A DNA stretch of 64,000 nt from Yuukianura sp. NJ FZ-2021 (GCA_046563655.1 CM102288.1:4774001-4838000), one strand, 5' to 3'. Shown: positions 51,671 to 64,000, counted from the stretch's first letter. Notes: generated from the sequence alone by a model not told the origin. Program-made: numbers and translations.

Positions 51671-52957
51671 TTAGCTCCTGGAGTGAGAATGACTGTGACT
51701 TGCAGAGTGACTGTGGCTGTGATGACTACTTGTGGAACAGTGTGGATTGTTCTGGGCAGCGGAAGAAGACGTCGACACAGGAGTTCCTGGGAACAGACAT
51801 CCGTTTAGTGTACAAATCAATTTCCTGGAACCGGCCGAGTCCCGATGTTCACACAGCCAAATCCCTTGCCACGTTCCGAGGTTCAGCTTCCCGTCACTAA
51901 TTGGTATTCTGAAAATAAAGAACACAAATAATCGTTAGCTTCGTAGTAATCAATCAACCACGCAAACTAAAAATGAACCAAACAAAACTAGGGAAAGAGT
52001 GACAAGTTTTGTGCCAAACGTACGACAATGATGAGCCAAGGAGACATGCCTTGACGTGAGCCGGCTGCAACCAAAATACGCCAGTTCTTAATTAAAGTTT
52101 ACAATCATAATTACAATTAACGAAATCCTACCATGTCATCCGGACCTTCACAACTGTGTTTGTAAGGCAGTCCCTGAGGAATAGAAAAAAACACGCACAG
52201 TAATTAGACGTAAACAAGTTTCAATCATGTCAAAGGGCAGTTTGAATCGATTCTAAGCAATTACCTCAGGCACTAATTTATCAAGCATCATGTTCATATC
52301 AACTCTGACCTGGAAATAATAAAATGAACGATATAAATTGGCGACACACGAGAAAATATTTAGTTCTAACTTTTTGTTTACTTACGTCTGGGTCCCAGCT
52401 TTCATTCTTTCATAAATAAAGACAAAGATTAATTAATTGAACGTATTATGTAAGTTTAAACAGAAACTATCCATTTCCAAATGTTTTGGCGTAGTTTTAT
52501 ACCAAAGTAGTCAAATATTCAACTGTGAAGATCGTTAAACTATTATTTGAGGAGAGTTGCTTACCAAAGCTAAGCTGGCCGATGTATGTAGTACTAAAAT
52601 GCATAAATCAAGAGATCCATAAATATTTAGACTGGATTTTGGGGGAATTGGAGTGAAAAGAGCGGAAACGAGCTGTGTATGCTTAATTATTAATTGGACC
52701 TTGTAATACTTACTTTGTAAATGGAAGATACCGACGGTAAAGTTACAGAGTTCTGGAACCTGTCGTAAAATTTCCTCAGTGACCAGGTGGACACCTAGAG
52801 TAAACATCATTTCTTATTATACTTTAATATCCACTTATAATTTAAATCTCAATTAAGTTAACTTTCAACTAGTCTGACCTCTGTGTTGTGGCCGGAGGTT
52901 GACCTTTTTCTGGAACCAAGCATTCCCTACTTGGATTCCTCGGCTCGACGAAGCCAT
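51671..52957 (-). CDS. UPF0047/YjbQ family protein, 8 exons
   Basis: Exons 52957-52879, 52794-52714, 52593-52565, 52406-52386, 52309-52265, 52173-52132, 52064-52024, 51908-51671 give ...[20 protein letters not shown]...[16 protein letters not shown]...[15 protein letters not shown], the YjbQ signature. Confidence 0.92.
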
Positions 52958-53858
52958 ATCACAAACTGTTTGTCTTGAATTGGATCAATCAGTGATCGAT
53001 TACAATCACAGGAGGGCCGCAACAGTCACTGTCCAATCGATCAATGGCAGGACAGGACAGGACTGTCCAACTTCTTTATCTGTGTCCACTGTCCGTCCAC
53101 TGTCCGTGTCCACCCAGCTGATCCTGCTCCAATTTGGACTTCTCACCAAGATCAAAAATGTCACATGATCACTTTCCACAAGCACCAATCATGAGAAAAG
53201 CAGAAACAGTTAATTCCGTTGAAGCTTAATTTAATTAATTACTGTTCACAATTAGCAGTTCTTGGAGTGAAGAGGCCCTTATGGTTAGTGAACACCTTCT
53301 GCCAGCAGAACAGTAGAGCGACCTTGAGCAATTGGGACACTGGAGTGACTAGAGGGCCCTTCACCTCCATGTTCTTTGTCCATGGGGCCTAGAGTTGTCC
53401 ATGCCTGAGGTGACTGACCTCTGCATGAAAGTGGGTCGGGAGGTCAGAGGGCACAGTGGCGTGTGTCCGTTTGTGTTGTTGAAGGAGTGATTCTTGTGAA
53501 TATTGAATGTCTGTCTGTGGGGGATGTGGTGAAAGTGGACAGGAGAAAGCAGGGAAAGTGGAGTTTCACTCCTCTCGTCCCTCTGCACACGGGCAATTTA
53601 GCCTTCGACTTCCAGTCGTTTTCTTCCGGGACAGTCTTTGGTCTAAACGTACTTTCTCTGGGCACAAGATGCCGCTGGAAGGTGGGCCACTGCCACGGTG
53701 GTGCCACGGACTCCGTGGAAACCAACGAGGCCAAACAAACAAAAATGTTTGGAGAAAGTCATCCTATGCATGGATTTCCAAATGTAAGAGTTCACTTTCT
53801 TTGATTTGCATAACATTTTTTCATAAGTGTTCTCCAATTGCATCTATTTCGGTCTAGA

Positions 53859-56800
53859 ATGCTGGAACCCACCAACCTTTACGTAGAGAAAGTCTGTCTT
53901 TCCCTCGTCCGTGAATATGTCATACGCCGGGTAAGACAATGACTATTCGATCCGCTGATTCACATATACGATTCCGTTGATCCGTGATTAGATCCCGCTG
54001 TGCTGATCTCGAACGGATTAGGTTTGACTAAGTTTATTTTTAGTTTCAACCTGGCTCAGCCGTAGCCAAAAAAAAATGTCTCACTTGACGAAATGCGGAT
54101 CAGCGGAATGAAAAACACAATCCAAATTCAAAATTTTCGAAATTTCGCCATCATATTTTTCATACTCCTTCCTGAATTTCCTTCGTAATTGTAACCTTTG
54201 CTCCGCCTAACCCCAAAATGTAACTTTTTTTTCTAGAATTTTTCGCGGACTTTGGCCGTGCTAAACGAAGAAACTGCTCCGCTGAATCCCAAGATAGGAT
54301 TCTACAGCAGTCGGCTGGAGCTGGGTCGTGACCTCGGCGTAGAAGGGCTCATGCGTGTCAACAAAGAGTCTCGTCACCCTCTCCAGTCCATGCTAGAGGT
54401 TCTGGTCAAATGCTTTTTGCAAGACAGGGAGCTTCTCCTTCGCAGTACTTTTGCCAATTCGTGTTTCTACACTTCTCGTGTCAAACAAAAGAAAAGGAAA
54501 AAGAAAGTGGGCAGAAACGTGGGGTTAATTGGGACTTTCTCGTCTCCTTCCCCGCCACCTTCTTTCAACTCCCACCAACAACACAGGCCCCACCAGCAGA
54601 TTCCAGTGGGACACCAATTTACACAAGGCCAATTGGATCACATTGTTCCTTGTTCACAGCACAAACACGAAATTGAACAGAAACAAGATGAGGAAGAGAA
54701 AGAACCGAGAAAAGTAAAAGCCAAGACGTCGAAGCGACAAAAAGTGAAAGCAGATGCTGGAGAAAAATCAGAATTCAAAGATGAAATGGAAAAGGTGAAA
54801 GCTGAATCAGAAAAAGTCTCTCCCAGGACAATTCTAGAACAGGAACAACCCATGGCCACTTTTGTTAGAAAACTTCAAGCAGGTAAAATTCAAAAAAATT
54901 TTAATTTCAAATTTTAAAATTCAACAATTTCGTTATGAAGTTAAAATGCTTTTTCAAAGTCCAAACTTTTTTATCTACCAAAAAAGCTTGTCTGTGCCAT
55001 TTTTTTGTTGCACGATGTTGAAGTTATTCAGTGAAAATGTTTATGGAGAAAATGTTTGTTTGACTTTCTCCTCTCTTGTGCGTTTTTTTTTAAATGAGGA
55101 AAGTGGGGGAAAGCAATTTGGTTCTGTCAGCGCTTTCTCCCGTGCAACAGCCATGAGCAGACTCTCGCAAGGGAAATGTTAGGTTTTTCACATTTCACAT
55201 GAACATACACAGTGAAACCCTATGCTAGTTGCTAGATTCTTACATTCCATATTTGTTCACTACAACTAAGGAGCTGGTGAGCTCCACATCTCCCATCTTT
55301 CCTAATTCAATTACTTTCCACTTATTCACAACTTTCCTTCGTTCTTCAAAGCAAACTCTCCATTTCAAAAGGAATTTCTTCAAAGAAAGACGCTTTCTCC
55401 TCTCTTCTCTCAACAAATCAAAAACTTTCTAAAAGCAAAGAAAGCAGAGAACTCTGGTTTGGTAGTTTAATTTTCTAAAAGTAAAGAAAGCGGAGAACTC
55501 TCGGTTTGGCAGTTTACCGGAATTTCGAAATTATGTAAACTTGTGAGACTGCTGCAAATATTTGTCAAATTGACAAGTGGAAGTGATTTTCGAAATTTCC
55601 AAAGTGTGTAATCATTTTTACAATTGTGACTAATTTGAAAGAGTGACAACTACTAATTAGCACACGTCAATCAATAAGGAAATGAATCCGATATTTCTTC
55701 ATCGGAGATCCCGAGGTTTGGTCTCACAGTCTTCTGTCCACACTAGTAATTTACTAAATAATTGACTCCATCCTCCTCCCATTCCTTGCAACCAATTGAA
55801 CCTGTTGATTTGGGCATGAGGGGGAGGGGGTGTAGTGGGGGAGGGGTAGTATTGGATTTCAATATTATTTGTGTCAACTTTCTCTTTTTTCAGAGGCTCG
55901 AATTACGGCCACGAACTCCAGAACGTCACTTTCTCTTGAGACGAGTCAAGAGTCTAGTCGAGAGGGTGACGACTACGATGGAGAGGGCTCTTGGATACCC
56001 GAAGACTCCAAGTCACGGTCACACCTTCAGCAGTCACAGTCACGCCTTGACAAGCGATCCACTTCACAGGCGGAAAAAAGTACTTCAGAGGTCAAGGGGC
56101 GCAGTGACAGGAGCAATTCAGACGCAGGAGCTTATGCAAGTGACCTCAAAAGTATCTCGGAAGTTAAATCCAAAACAGACAGAAGTCATTTTGAAAGGAG
56201 AAACTCGGACGCTAGAGGTCAAGAGGTCAAGAGTAACCTTGTTCTGGGACAAACTCTGTTGGAATCTAAGCAGAACTTACTCGTGAGTTTAAACTATTTT
56301 AAACCAACTTTAATTAAAATTGTCAAACTAACTAACTGTAAGTTTAACTTAATTGGTAGGCACAATCATCTCTCAGCCCAGAAGAGAATCATATTCGACA
56401 GCAAGTTCAGGAGTCGGAATCAGTGAATTCGTTTCTATCCGAATCTGCCCGAACATCTCCGAGTAAACCCAAACAAAAATCGATGTCTGGAAATGGAGCT
56501 ACTTCGCCCAGTAAAAGCAAAAGTCATAAGTCAGGAATGAAGGAAAAATCTTCCAGTACGACATCAAGTTCCTCTTCTTCATCAAAATCAACGACTGTGA
56601 CGACCGACCAAGGTTTGAAAATCCGTGATGTCGATAGTCTCCAGACTCCGAGCGACGAGTCAGGACACACGGACACTGGAGGGAGCCAATCATTGTCGAG
56701 CTCTAGCAGTTCCAAGAAGACGAGCAGCAAAAGTAAAACTAAGAATCCAGAAGTGTCCATTTCGAACAAGTTTTTTGAGCAGAGCAGTGTCACTTCTGAA

Positions 56801-58183
56801 ATGAGCGTCACAAGGTCAAGTGTGATCAAAACCCTTGACCAAGCAACTTGGCAGCGATTGAAGTCGATTGTGCTTGGGGAACGAGGAATTGTGCCGGAGG
56901 GGTGGGTGGGACAAGGATTTGCGTTCAACTATAACATTCCTTACGCCCTGGTCCAGAAGAAAGTAAGAATAAACTTTAATTATATATTAAAACTAATTAA
57001 AATTATAGTTAATCAACAATTTGCTTCTAGGGTGGACCATGTGGTGTGTTGGCAGCAGTTCAGGCGATGCTTCTGCGTAACTTAATGTTTGGTTCTGCAT
57101 TTTGTGACCCCAATGACCTCCCAATGGAGAACTTTGACCTCTGTGCTACTTCGTCTTCTCTGCCAGAGTTGAGCAAGAAACGATCTCTGGCTTTGATTGG
57201 TACGTTAACGCAGATTCTGTGGCGATGTGGATCTGAAGGCAAAGGAAGTGGGTCAGCCGACGAGCCACGAAGTGTCACGGTGGGGCTGACGAGCGGTGGG
57301 TCATTTGGTCCAGGCAGTGAACTCCGTGTTTTCAATAACGTCGATTCTCTGAAAATGTTCATCGAAGCCAATCTGTATCGGTTTGACTGTCTCGGATTGG
57401 TCTATTCCGTGGTGCTTTCAAGAGGAATCGAAGCGTAATAATTCCATAATTAAACTAAATTAAAATTCAATTTAAATTATATAATTTTTCTACTATAGTG
57501 TCCCGGAAGACATGGATTTCCAGAACAGTCCTCTGCTTGGTCAACATGGTTACTGCACCCAGGAGCTTCTCAATCTGCTCATCATGGGCCGTGCCATTTC
57601 AAATGCATTTGACAACGACGTGGTGCTGGACGATAAGCGTCTCAAAGGACTGTCGTCTCAGTCGGATATCGGGTTCCTGTCGCTATTTGAACATTACAAC
57701 TCATGCAAGGTACTTACTCAACCCAACCTTATGAAAGTGACCTAGCCTAATCTAAACCTTGCTGTGCTGCATGTAGGTTGGTTTGTTCTTCAAGAATCCG
57801 AAATTTCCCGTGTGGATTGTTTGCAGTGAAAGTCACTTTTCCCTGCTCTTTTCCGATGACATGGACCTCACTGCATCGTCTTCCGAAGAACAACGACCTC
57901 CCTTTGACCTCTTCTACTACGATGGACTCGCTCGACAAGATAAAATCATCAGACTCACCATCAGTAACATTTTAATTTTTACTTGTCAATTTTTAAAATA
58001 AATTGAAAATGTTTTAATGCAGTAACTAAATTTTTAGCTCCTAGGGCCGGCAATGACAGGGACAATATCCGAAGCGCCAGAATTAGTTTGGACGATGACC
58101 TGATTCCACCTCTGGACAAATGCATTCGGACCAAATGGAAGGGAGCAGAAGTGGATTGGAACGAAACTGAACCAATTCTTTAG
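53859..58183 (+). CDS. MINDY4: MINDY4 (FAM188B) deubiquitinase-family protein
   Basis: Exons 53859-53930, 54237-54882, 55894-56282, 56360-56962, 57031-57434, 57499-57709, 57777-57963, 58038-58183. N-terminal YVEKVCLSLVREY; catalytic-region motifs LVQKKGGPCGVLAAVQA, HGYCTQEL, CSESHFS, YYDGLA, IPPLDKCIRTKW...WNETEPIL*. Confidence 0.9.
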
Positions 58184-59856
58184 ATTCCACAACTGATCAG
58201 TTTTCCTCAACAATTAAAAATCCAATGAACCAAAAGTAATAAAACATTCCCAGTGACATTTTTCTCACTACTTTTTAAACTTTAATTAACTTAATTTAAT
58301 TATTTAAAAAGAGTGATTTTGTTTAAGATAACTTTTTGGAAAGTTTGGAAATGGAAAAGTGTGATTTTCCTACTAAAATTTTAATTTATTGTGTTTGCTA
58401 ATTTTTAAAGTGTCTTTTTTCTTTTTTAGAAAAATTTAGCTCATTTTTTGAAAAATTACTTCATCAAAACATGCGTCTCCTGCTGTTTATGATAATTTTC
58501 TAAAAAGTTTAAATGAAACGTGACTAAAGCTGGCTAAAGGCTAATCTTCCGAAATTACGCTAATCCTTGAGCCTCACACTCTGAATGGACATAAGTTGGA
58601 CAACGTCATTCCCACTTAAAGGCGTCAATTGTGCTTTTCGGAACTGAAAGCACAAGCACAAAGTACAAAGAGTACAAACGTAGTCAGTACAACAAAAAGT
58701 TTACCACCACGCACAAGTTGGAATTGCCAGCTTATGTCAATGTCATTAAAAACACAAAGTTAAGTTCACAAAACATAACTTTACATTAAACCCCTGCGGC
58801 TATGCTCGGAATTCTTGTCATGCATTTTCCATTTTCCTGACATTGCTTAAGTTAGAAAAAATGAAAAAGTACGGGGTGTTCCAGAGTTTAAAAATAGAAT
58901 TCATTAGAAGTGATCTCAAGGGCGGCAAATCCCTCATTTCCTTCTGTCAATACAGAAGTGGACGCACGTTATGAAATTGAAAATTGCCAACATACAATAC
59001 AGATTTTGGCTTTGACTGTAGCTAGATTTCTCAGGACAAAACATGCTTTCCCTTACTTAATATGAAACTTTTCTACGTGCTGAGAGGCAGGCACTTAAAA
59101 AAGTCTCATCTTCTGTCGAAGGGGAAACATAAACAAATAACCTATTTATTACCTAAATACTTTTACAACTTAAAAAAATTAATCCGGGAGTTAATCCAAA
59201 TTTTGGGTATTCCTGAGAGTTGTACAAAACAAAATGCCGCACAACCACAACTCATCTTTAAACATTTTGGTTTCTAAAAATAATATAAAATTTTGAAATA
59301 CGTTCCAGCTCTGCGGTTGTAAATTTGGAAAATCAGGACAGACGCTGCTGGCCATTTAAAAGCTCACATTGAGGCGCCAAAACCACAGACTCGTGTCAAA
59401 TCTCAAAGTTAATGAATGCCAGTTTACCAAACACAGTTAACTAACCTGCCTTGAGCATATATTACCATCACAAAAGTTAGTTACCTTAGTCGACTTTACA
59501 TCTTACATGCGTTACTACCGCGTTAACTGCGTTAGTTGATTTCAAGAACTTCCAGTTTGGAAAGACGCGTGATTTTGGGATTTTATGAAGAATTTTTTGT
59601 GGATTGTCCACTTTTCCATATTTTAAGTTTAAAGAATGACGCAGATATGGTGACCACAAAACCATAACTTGTCCTTCCGCTATCATCATAACCGCTTGAC
59701 AGTAATTAAGCAAATGTGGATTAATTTACGCTTCACACTTGCGCGTAACTAGGAATTAAGACAGCTCAGGCTTTAAGGTGCAATGATTTTTGCACTAGGA
59801 AAGGCCTCTGACGCTTCATCCAAAAAAAGATTTGACTCTGAGGTGACAAGTTCACT

Positions 59857-59863
59857 TATAAAA
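59857..59863 (+). promoter_or_regulatory. Candidate TATA box of carotenoid oxygenase copy 2
   Basis: TATAAAA about 220 bp upstream of the ATG at 60079; positional inference only. Confidence 0.3.
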
Positions 59864-60078
59864 GCCAACAAGACTTAAAAGCATTTCCATTACACAAGAA
59901 CTACACAAGCACAGAATACGCACAAAGTACAATTGCGAGGACGCAAGGTCACTCCAGAAACTATTGACACAACGCAAGGACGCTGAGAGAACAACGTTAC
60001 GTAGAAAAGGCGGAAGGCTTCAGATTTCGAGTTTTTGAAATTTTAGAGAAGTTTTGTAAAAAGAATTTTTAAGCAAAA

Positions 60079-61916
60079 ATGCCAGAAAATCAGATTTGCA
60101 AGCTGTTTGAAAATTCGCAAGAAACAGAGCAGCCTCAACACGCCAAAATCGAAGGTTCGGAAAATTAATGTGTATATTTCAAAATTTAAGATGAAAAATG
60201 AAAAACCGAAAATGAAAATTCTCTACTTTCAGGGTCAATACCGGAATGGATTTTTGGAACGTTTTTAAGAACAGGTCCCGCCAAGTGGGACCTAGACAAT
60301 GGCCAATTCAGTTTCAACCACCTCTTGGACGGATTTGCAATGATCTCAAAATTTGTGATTGACAGTTCTGTTCAAACAGTCACTTTAGAAAAGAAGTTTT
60401 TAAATTCCGATGCTTACTCGCGTGCAATCGCTGCAAAACGACCCGTCGTCACGGAATTCGGAACTCCGAGTTGCCCCGATCCAAACCGATCTTGGTTTTC
60501 TAAAATTCTATCAGCATTTCTCCCGATTGAACTCTCAGATAATAACTCAAGTGCTCTCTTTCGTCTCGGATCAGAAGTATTTACAACTTCGGAGACTTGT
60601 TTCTTCAGGTCACTTGACCCTGTGACCTTGACCTCTACTGAGAAACATGACACGAACAAATGCTTTGGAGTCAACATTGACTCTGGTCATCCTTTGACCG
60701 ATGACGACGGAACTACTTGGAACATGGGCTCGACTTTTCTCATGGGACTCAAGTACAACTTGTACAAAATTCCAGCGCAGAGTTCCTGCGCATGCGCAGC
60801 TCAGTCGGCCAAAGAGTTAATGAAAACGTCAAAAATTGTTGCTACGATTCCATCAAGCTGGAACGGCCTCATGAGCTACAACCACCAAAGTTTCATTCTG
60901 ACTACCAACTATGTAGTTTTTATTGAGCAGGTAACGCAGTTAACCTAACAAAAATAACCTAATTGAAATTAAAGTTAACCTAACAAACTTTTCTGTTCTT
61001 TTGCAGCCTTTTGTTATGAATATTGGAAAAGCAGCGAAATCGATTCTGCGAGGCTCTCCAACATTTTCGCAGTATGTCGAGTGGAGACCGGAACTCAGAA
61101 ACCGATTTTTCGTAATCGAAAAAGAATCGGGAAAAATTTTGAAAAATGAAATCTACGCCGCTGAATCTTTTTTCTTCCTACACTACATCAATGCCTACGA
61201 GGAGAACAATCAGGTTACAAAACACTGACGGGTTACGCGTCTAAGCACTCTACACTTTAACATAACCTTAATAAAATAAAACTAACATTTTCTGTTTTCA
61301 GATAGTCCTTGACCTCATCAGTTACAAAAATGCGGACTTATTTGATGACATGTACATGGACAAGTTGAGGTCAGGAAATATTGCAGAGGTCAACTCAGGG
61401 TCAGCCCATCGCTACGTCATTCCCCTTGGGGAGATTGATACAATGGACGAAAACAGGAACTTGGTGGAGGTGAAGAGTGAGGCAAAAGTGGTCCGCAGTG
61501 GGTCAACTCTCATCGTTTATCCAGAAGTGCTGACTTTTCCAGGAATCGAGTATCCAGTACTAAACAAATCACGAGCTGGAAGGAAGTACAAGTACTTCTA
61601 CGGCACTGGAACTCTAGGGAACTCCCCTTACACAAATTCCATTACTAAGTTTGACCTCTCTGCCAAAATCGGGGGGTCGCTTAGCTGGACTGGAACGGAG
61701 ACGCAGTATCCAGGTGAACCGCAACTGTTGCCAAACCCTGCTGGAAGAGCAGAAGATGATGCTGTGCTGATTTCGGCAGTAACTGACGTGGGGTCAAATG
61801 TCAATGACTTTTTGGTTTTTCTGGACGCGAGGTCAATGACCGAAATCGGACGAGCTAATTTTTCCCACAAACTGCCACAAGCACTGCACGGCCTCTTCTT
61901 ACCAGCAGATGCTTAA
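60079..61916 (+). CDS. Carotenoid cleavage oxygenase (NinaB/BCO/RPE65 family), copy 2
   Basis: Exons 60079-60154, 60233-60930, 61007-61213, 61302-61916. Motifs GSIPEWIFGTFLRTGP, HLLDG, VTEFGT..PDP, EDDAVLIS; His ligands SGHP, YNHQSF, FLHYINAYE, ALHGLF. Confidence 0.92.
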
Positions 61917-62419
61917 AAATTACTCAGGTCAAAGGTCAACAAACTGCTAAATTTTTTCATCTGTTTTATTCTAAATTATTATTCCATTTGAAATACAATT
62001 TTGGAAAAGAAACAATAAAGAGAAGTCCTTTCTAGTTAATGGCTCCATGTTCTCCCACAAGTTTTCAAAGTTCCGCAATGATCTCACATCTCACCTTTGC
62101 AGCAACAAAAAACGAAAAATTTTGAAATTTTGGAAATTATGTAGTACTTAACACCGCACTGTTAATATGACAAACACGAGCTATTGTACAACAATCGTGC
62201 CAACTTGGAATCTAATTTACCACTTCTCCGTTCACGTTGACCATTGAAGCATTACGCAATCTCAGATGAGGGTAGAAGCCACCGATGAAATTCATTTCAG
62301 CATCATTGGATCATGCAACAGAAATGTCGATTAACACACGGGCGTAAGTCTGTATGAATTGGTTATACTATAAATTTTGTATACTTTAAAAAAGTTGTGT
62401 TGTTTTCAGTGTTCGGACA

Positions 62420-63131
62420 CCCCCTTCCCCACTGGGGATGGGGGATGGGGATTTGGGGCTCAATCCCCGGGGACATCATACTCGAATTGGGGGTGGGGAT
62501 TTAAAATTAAATTCGGCTAAAATCGGACGGCCGACGGCGGCTCGGAACTCCATTTTGCGCGAACCGTTTGGATCCAATTTACAAACAATTGTAAATGTAG
62601 CAAAAAGAAACATTCTGCACAACATTTCACTGCAAAATTTCGGATTTTTCAAATTCATTAACTTTGTTTCCTTGATTTTATACATACAAAATACATACAA
62701 AACCATATAAATCATCAGTCCCACATATAATCACTTAAAACAATTATTGACTCAACCTAGCTTAACACCGAACCTCACATTACCTATGGACATCGCTAAT
62801 CAGCTGGTGGGTGTGAATTGCCGTACCAATTTATATATAGTGTAATTTAATCTAATCTGCTTACAAAATAATTGCGAGTTAAGCGAAATTAATTAATTAG
62901 CTTGTATAAAATAGGATGACAAAATAGTGTGATACGTTCCTGTGAGAAAGAGAACCATAACCAGAAAGACAACAGCCAAAAAGGTGCGCACAATCAATTA
63001 GGTTTAGAATTCCCGGCGGCCTTCTGCGCATGCGCAATGCCATTTTTCTGCTAAACCCCCAATTCCCCAAATCCCCGGGGATTTGGGGAATTCCCCAAAT
63101 CCCCGGGGACATCATCTAATCCCCGGGGATG
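62420..63131. repeat. Element or remnant bounded by clusters of TCCCCGGGGA / GGGGATTTGGGG motifs
   Basis: aatccccggggacatcat at about 62462 and 63098; palindromic ccccaaatccccggggatttgggg at 63065-63088. Confidence 0.6.
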
Positions 63132-63822
63132 GCCGAACACTGGTTGTTTTTAGAGGGTAGTACTTTTTACAATACCCTCCAGAAGAGTAATAAAACGAAA
63201 GATTGTATTTCATTTCGGTTGCTTTATTTGCGTCACTGCGCAAGTTGTTTCTGAGTAGGTTCAGACTACGGGTTCCCATGTTGCAATGTTTTTGACATTG
63301 AAACTTAGTTCTCAAAAATTAGCCGCCGATCAGAAACCGGTTTTTGGCAAGTCGTCGAGGTTGAAAAAAAATCATGATCGTATTTTTCAAAGATGTTACA
63401 GTAATAAACTTGGAACAAATAATATAGTGTAAGATAATAACATATTTTTACATTGTAATAACATATCAGCCTTGCATGTGTGTACTACATTGGATGTTTA
63501 GACAATCGATACATAAATTGAACGCCAACTTCTAATATTTTACAAAAATTTTGAGCAAATTGGTAACTTGAGTAGATTCATTAGGAATACGTGCAAAAAA
63601 AAAACTGAGGAAAACTGGTGATCCAAGGTGGTTTAAGTTTTTCTTTTTTTGTAAATATATAAAGCTACATAATGTGCCTTACTCATTGGATGTAAAGTTA
63701 GGATTGAGGAAAAGTGATGAGAAAATTACAACATAAATTGTCAATGTAAAATACCTTACCTAGGTAGTAGATGTTCCTGAAAATTGAAGTTTCAGTAGCG
63801 TTCTAAAGATTGCAGGTCAAAC

Positions 63823-63939
63823 ATGGCAGGATTTGCTAAAGTCTTTGGTATCCTTTTCCTTGTTGCCAATTGTTGGGACACTTCAGCTGCTGAATCCTCG
63901 AAAATTTTGACTCCGTCCCAACAACAGGCTTTGAAAAGG
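63823..63939 (+). CDS. First coding exon of a predicted secreted protein that continues beyond the window
   Basis: MAGFAKVFGILFLVANCWDTSAAESSKILTPSQQQALKR followed by a GT donor; hydrophobic signal-peptide-like start. Confidence 0.45.
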
Positions 63940-64000
63940 GTGAAAATTTGTTATTTTACTTCAGAATTTGAAAGAAAAATTGTTTGTAATTTAAAAATAT

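Noticed and set aside
53361..53857. Overlapping ORFs between YjbQ and MINDY4
   Set aside because: Likely promoter/UTR sequence; none has coding hallmarks.
1..64000. tRNA, rRNA or autonomous transposase/reverse transcriptase genes
   Set aside because: None recognised by eye; tRNAscan-SE, Infernal and a TE protein search would be needed to exclude them formally.

Overview
This is eukaryotic DNA, not prokaryotic: AT-rich, with many short GT-AG introns. An ecdysis-triggering-hormone-receptor-like GPCR, a cuticlin-type ZP protein and scattered TTAGG motifs point to an arthropod; a compact springtail-like genome is my guess and cannot be confirmed from the sequence. I spliced about 12 genes by eye. 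On the minus strand: a stereocilin/otoancorin/mesothelin-family protein with a Pro/Gln repeat insert (runs off the left edge), a ubiquitin-like + ADP-ribosyltransferase fusion, a carotenoid oxygenase, an intronless divergent TMEM11/PMI-like gene, an ETHR-like GPCR, a 9-exon ZP membrane protein and an 8-exon YjbQ/UPF0047 gene. On the plus strand: codanin-1, a TMIE homologue whose third intron appears to hold a complete same-strand AMACR gene, MINDY4, a second carotenoid oxygenase and the first exon of a secreted protein at the right edge. Non-coding DNA carries several non-autonomous elements (three DINE-1/Helentron-like copies, MITE-like inverted-repeat elements), perfect palindromes and repeated AGGTCAAAGGTCA (DR1) motifs. 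The best candidates for novelty are the non-cleavable Ub-ART fusion and the same-strand nested AMACR-in-TMIE arrangement. All family calls come from recognised motifs, not database searches, and exon coordinates are manual.
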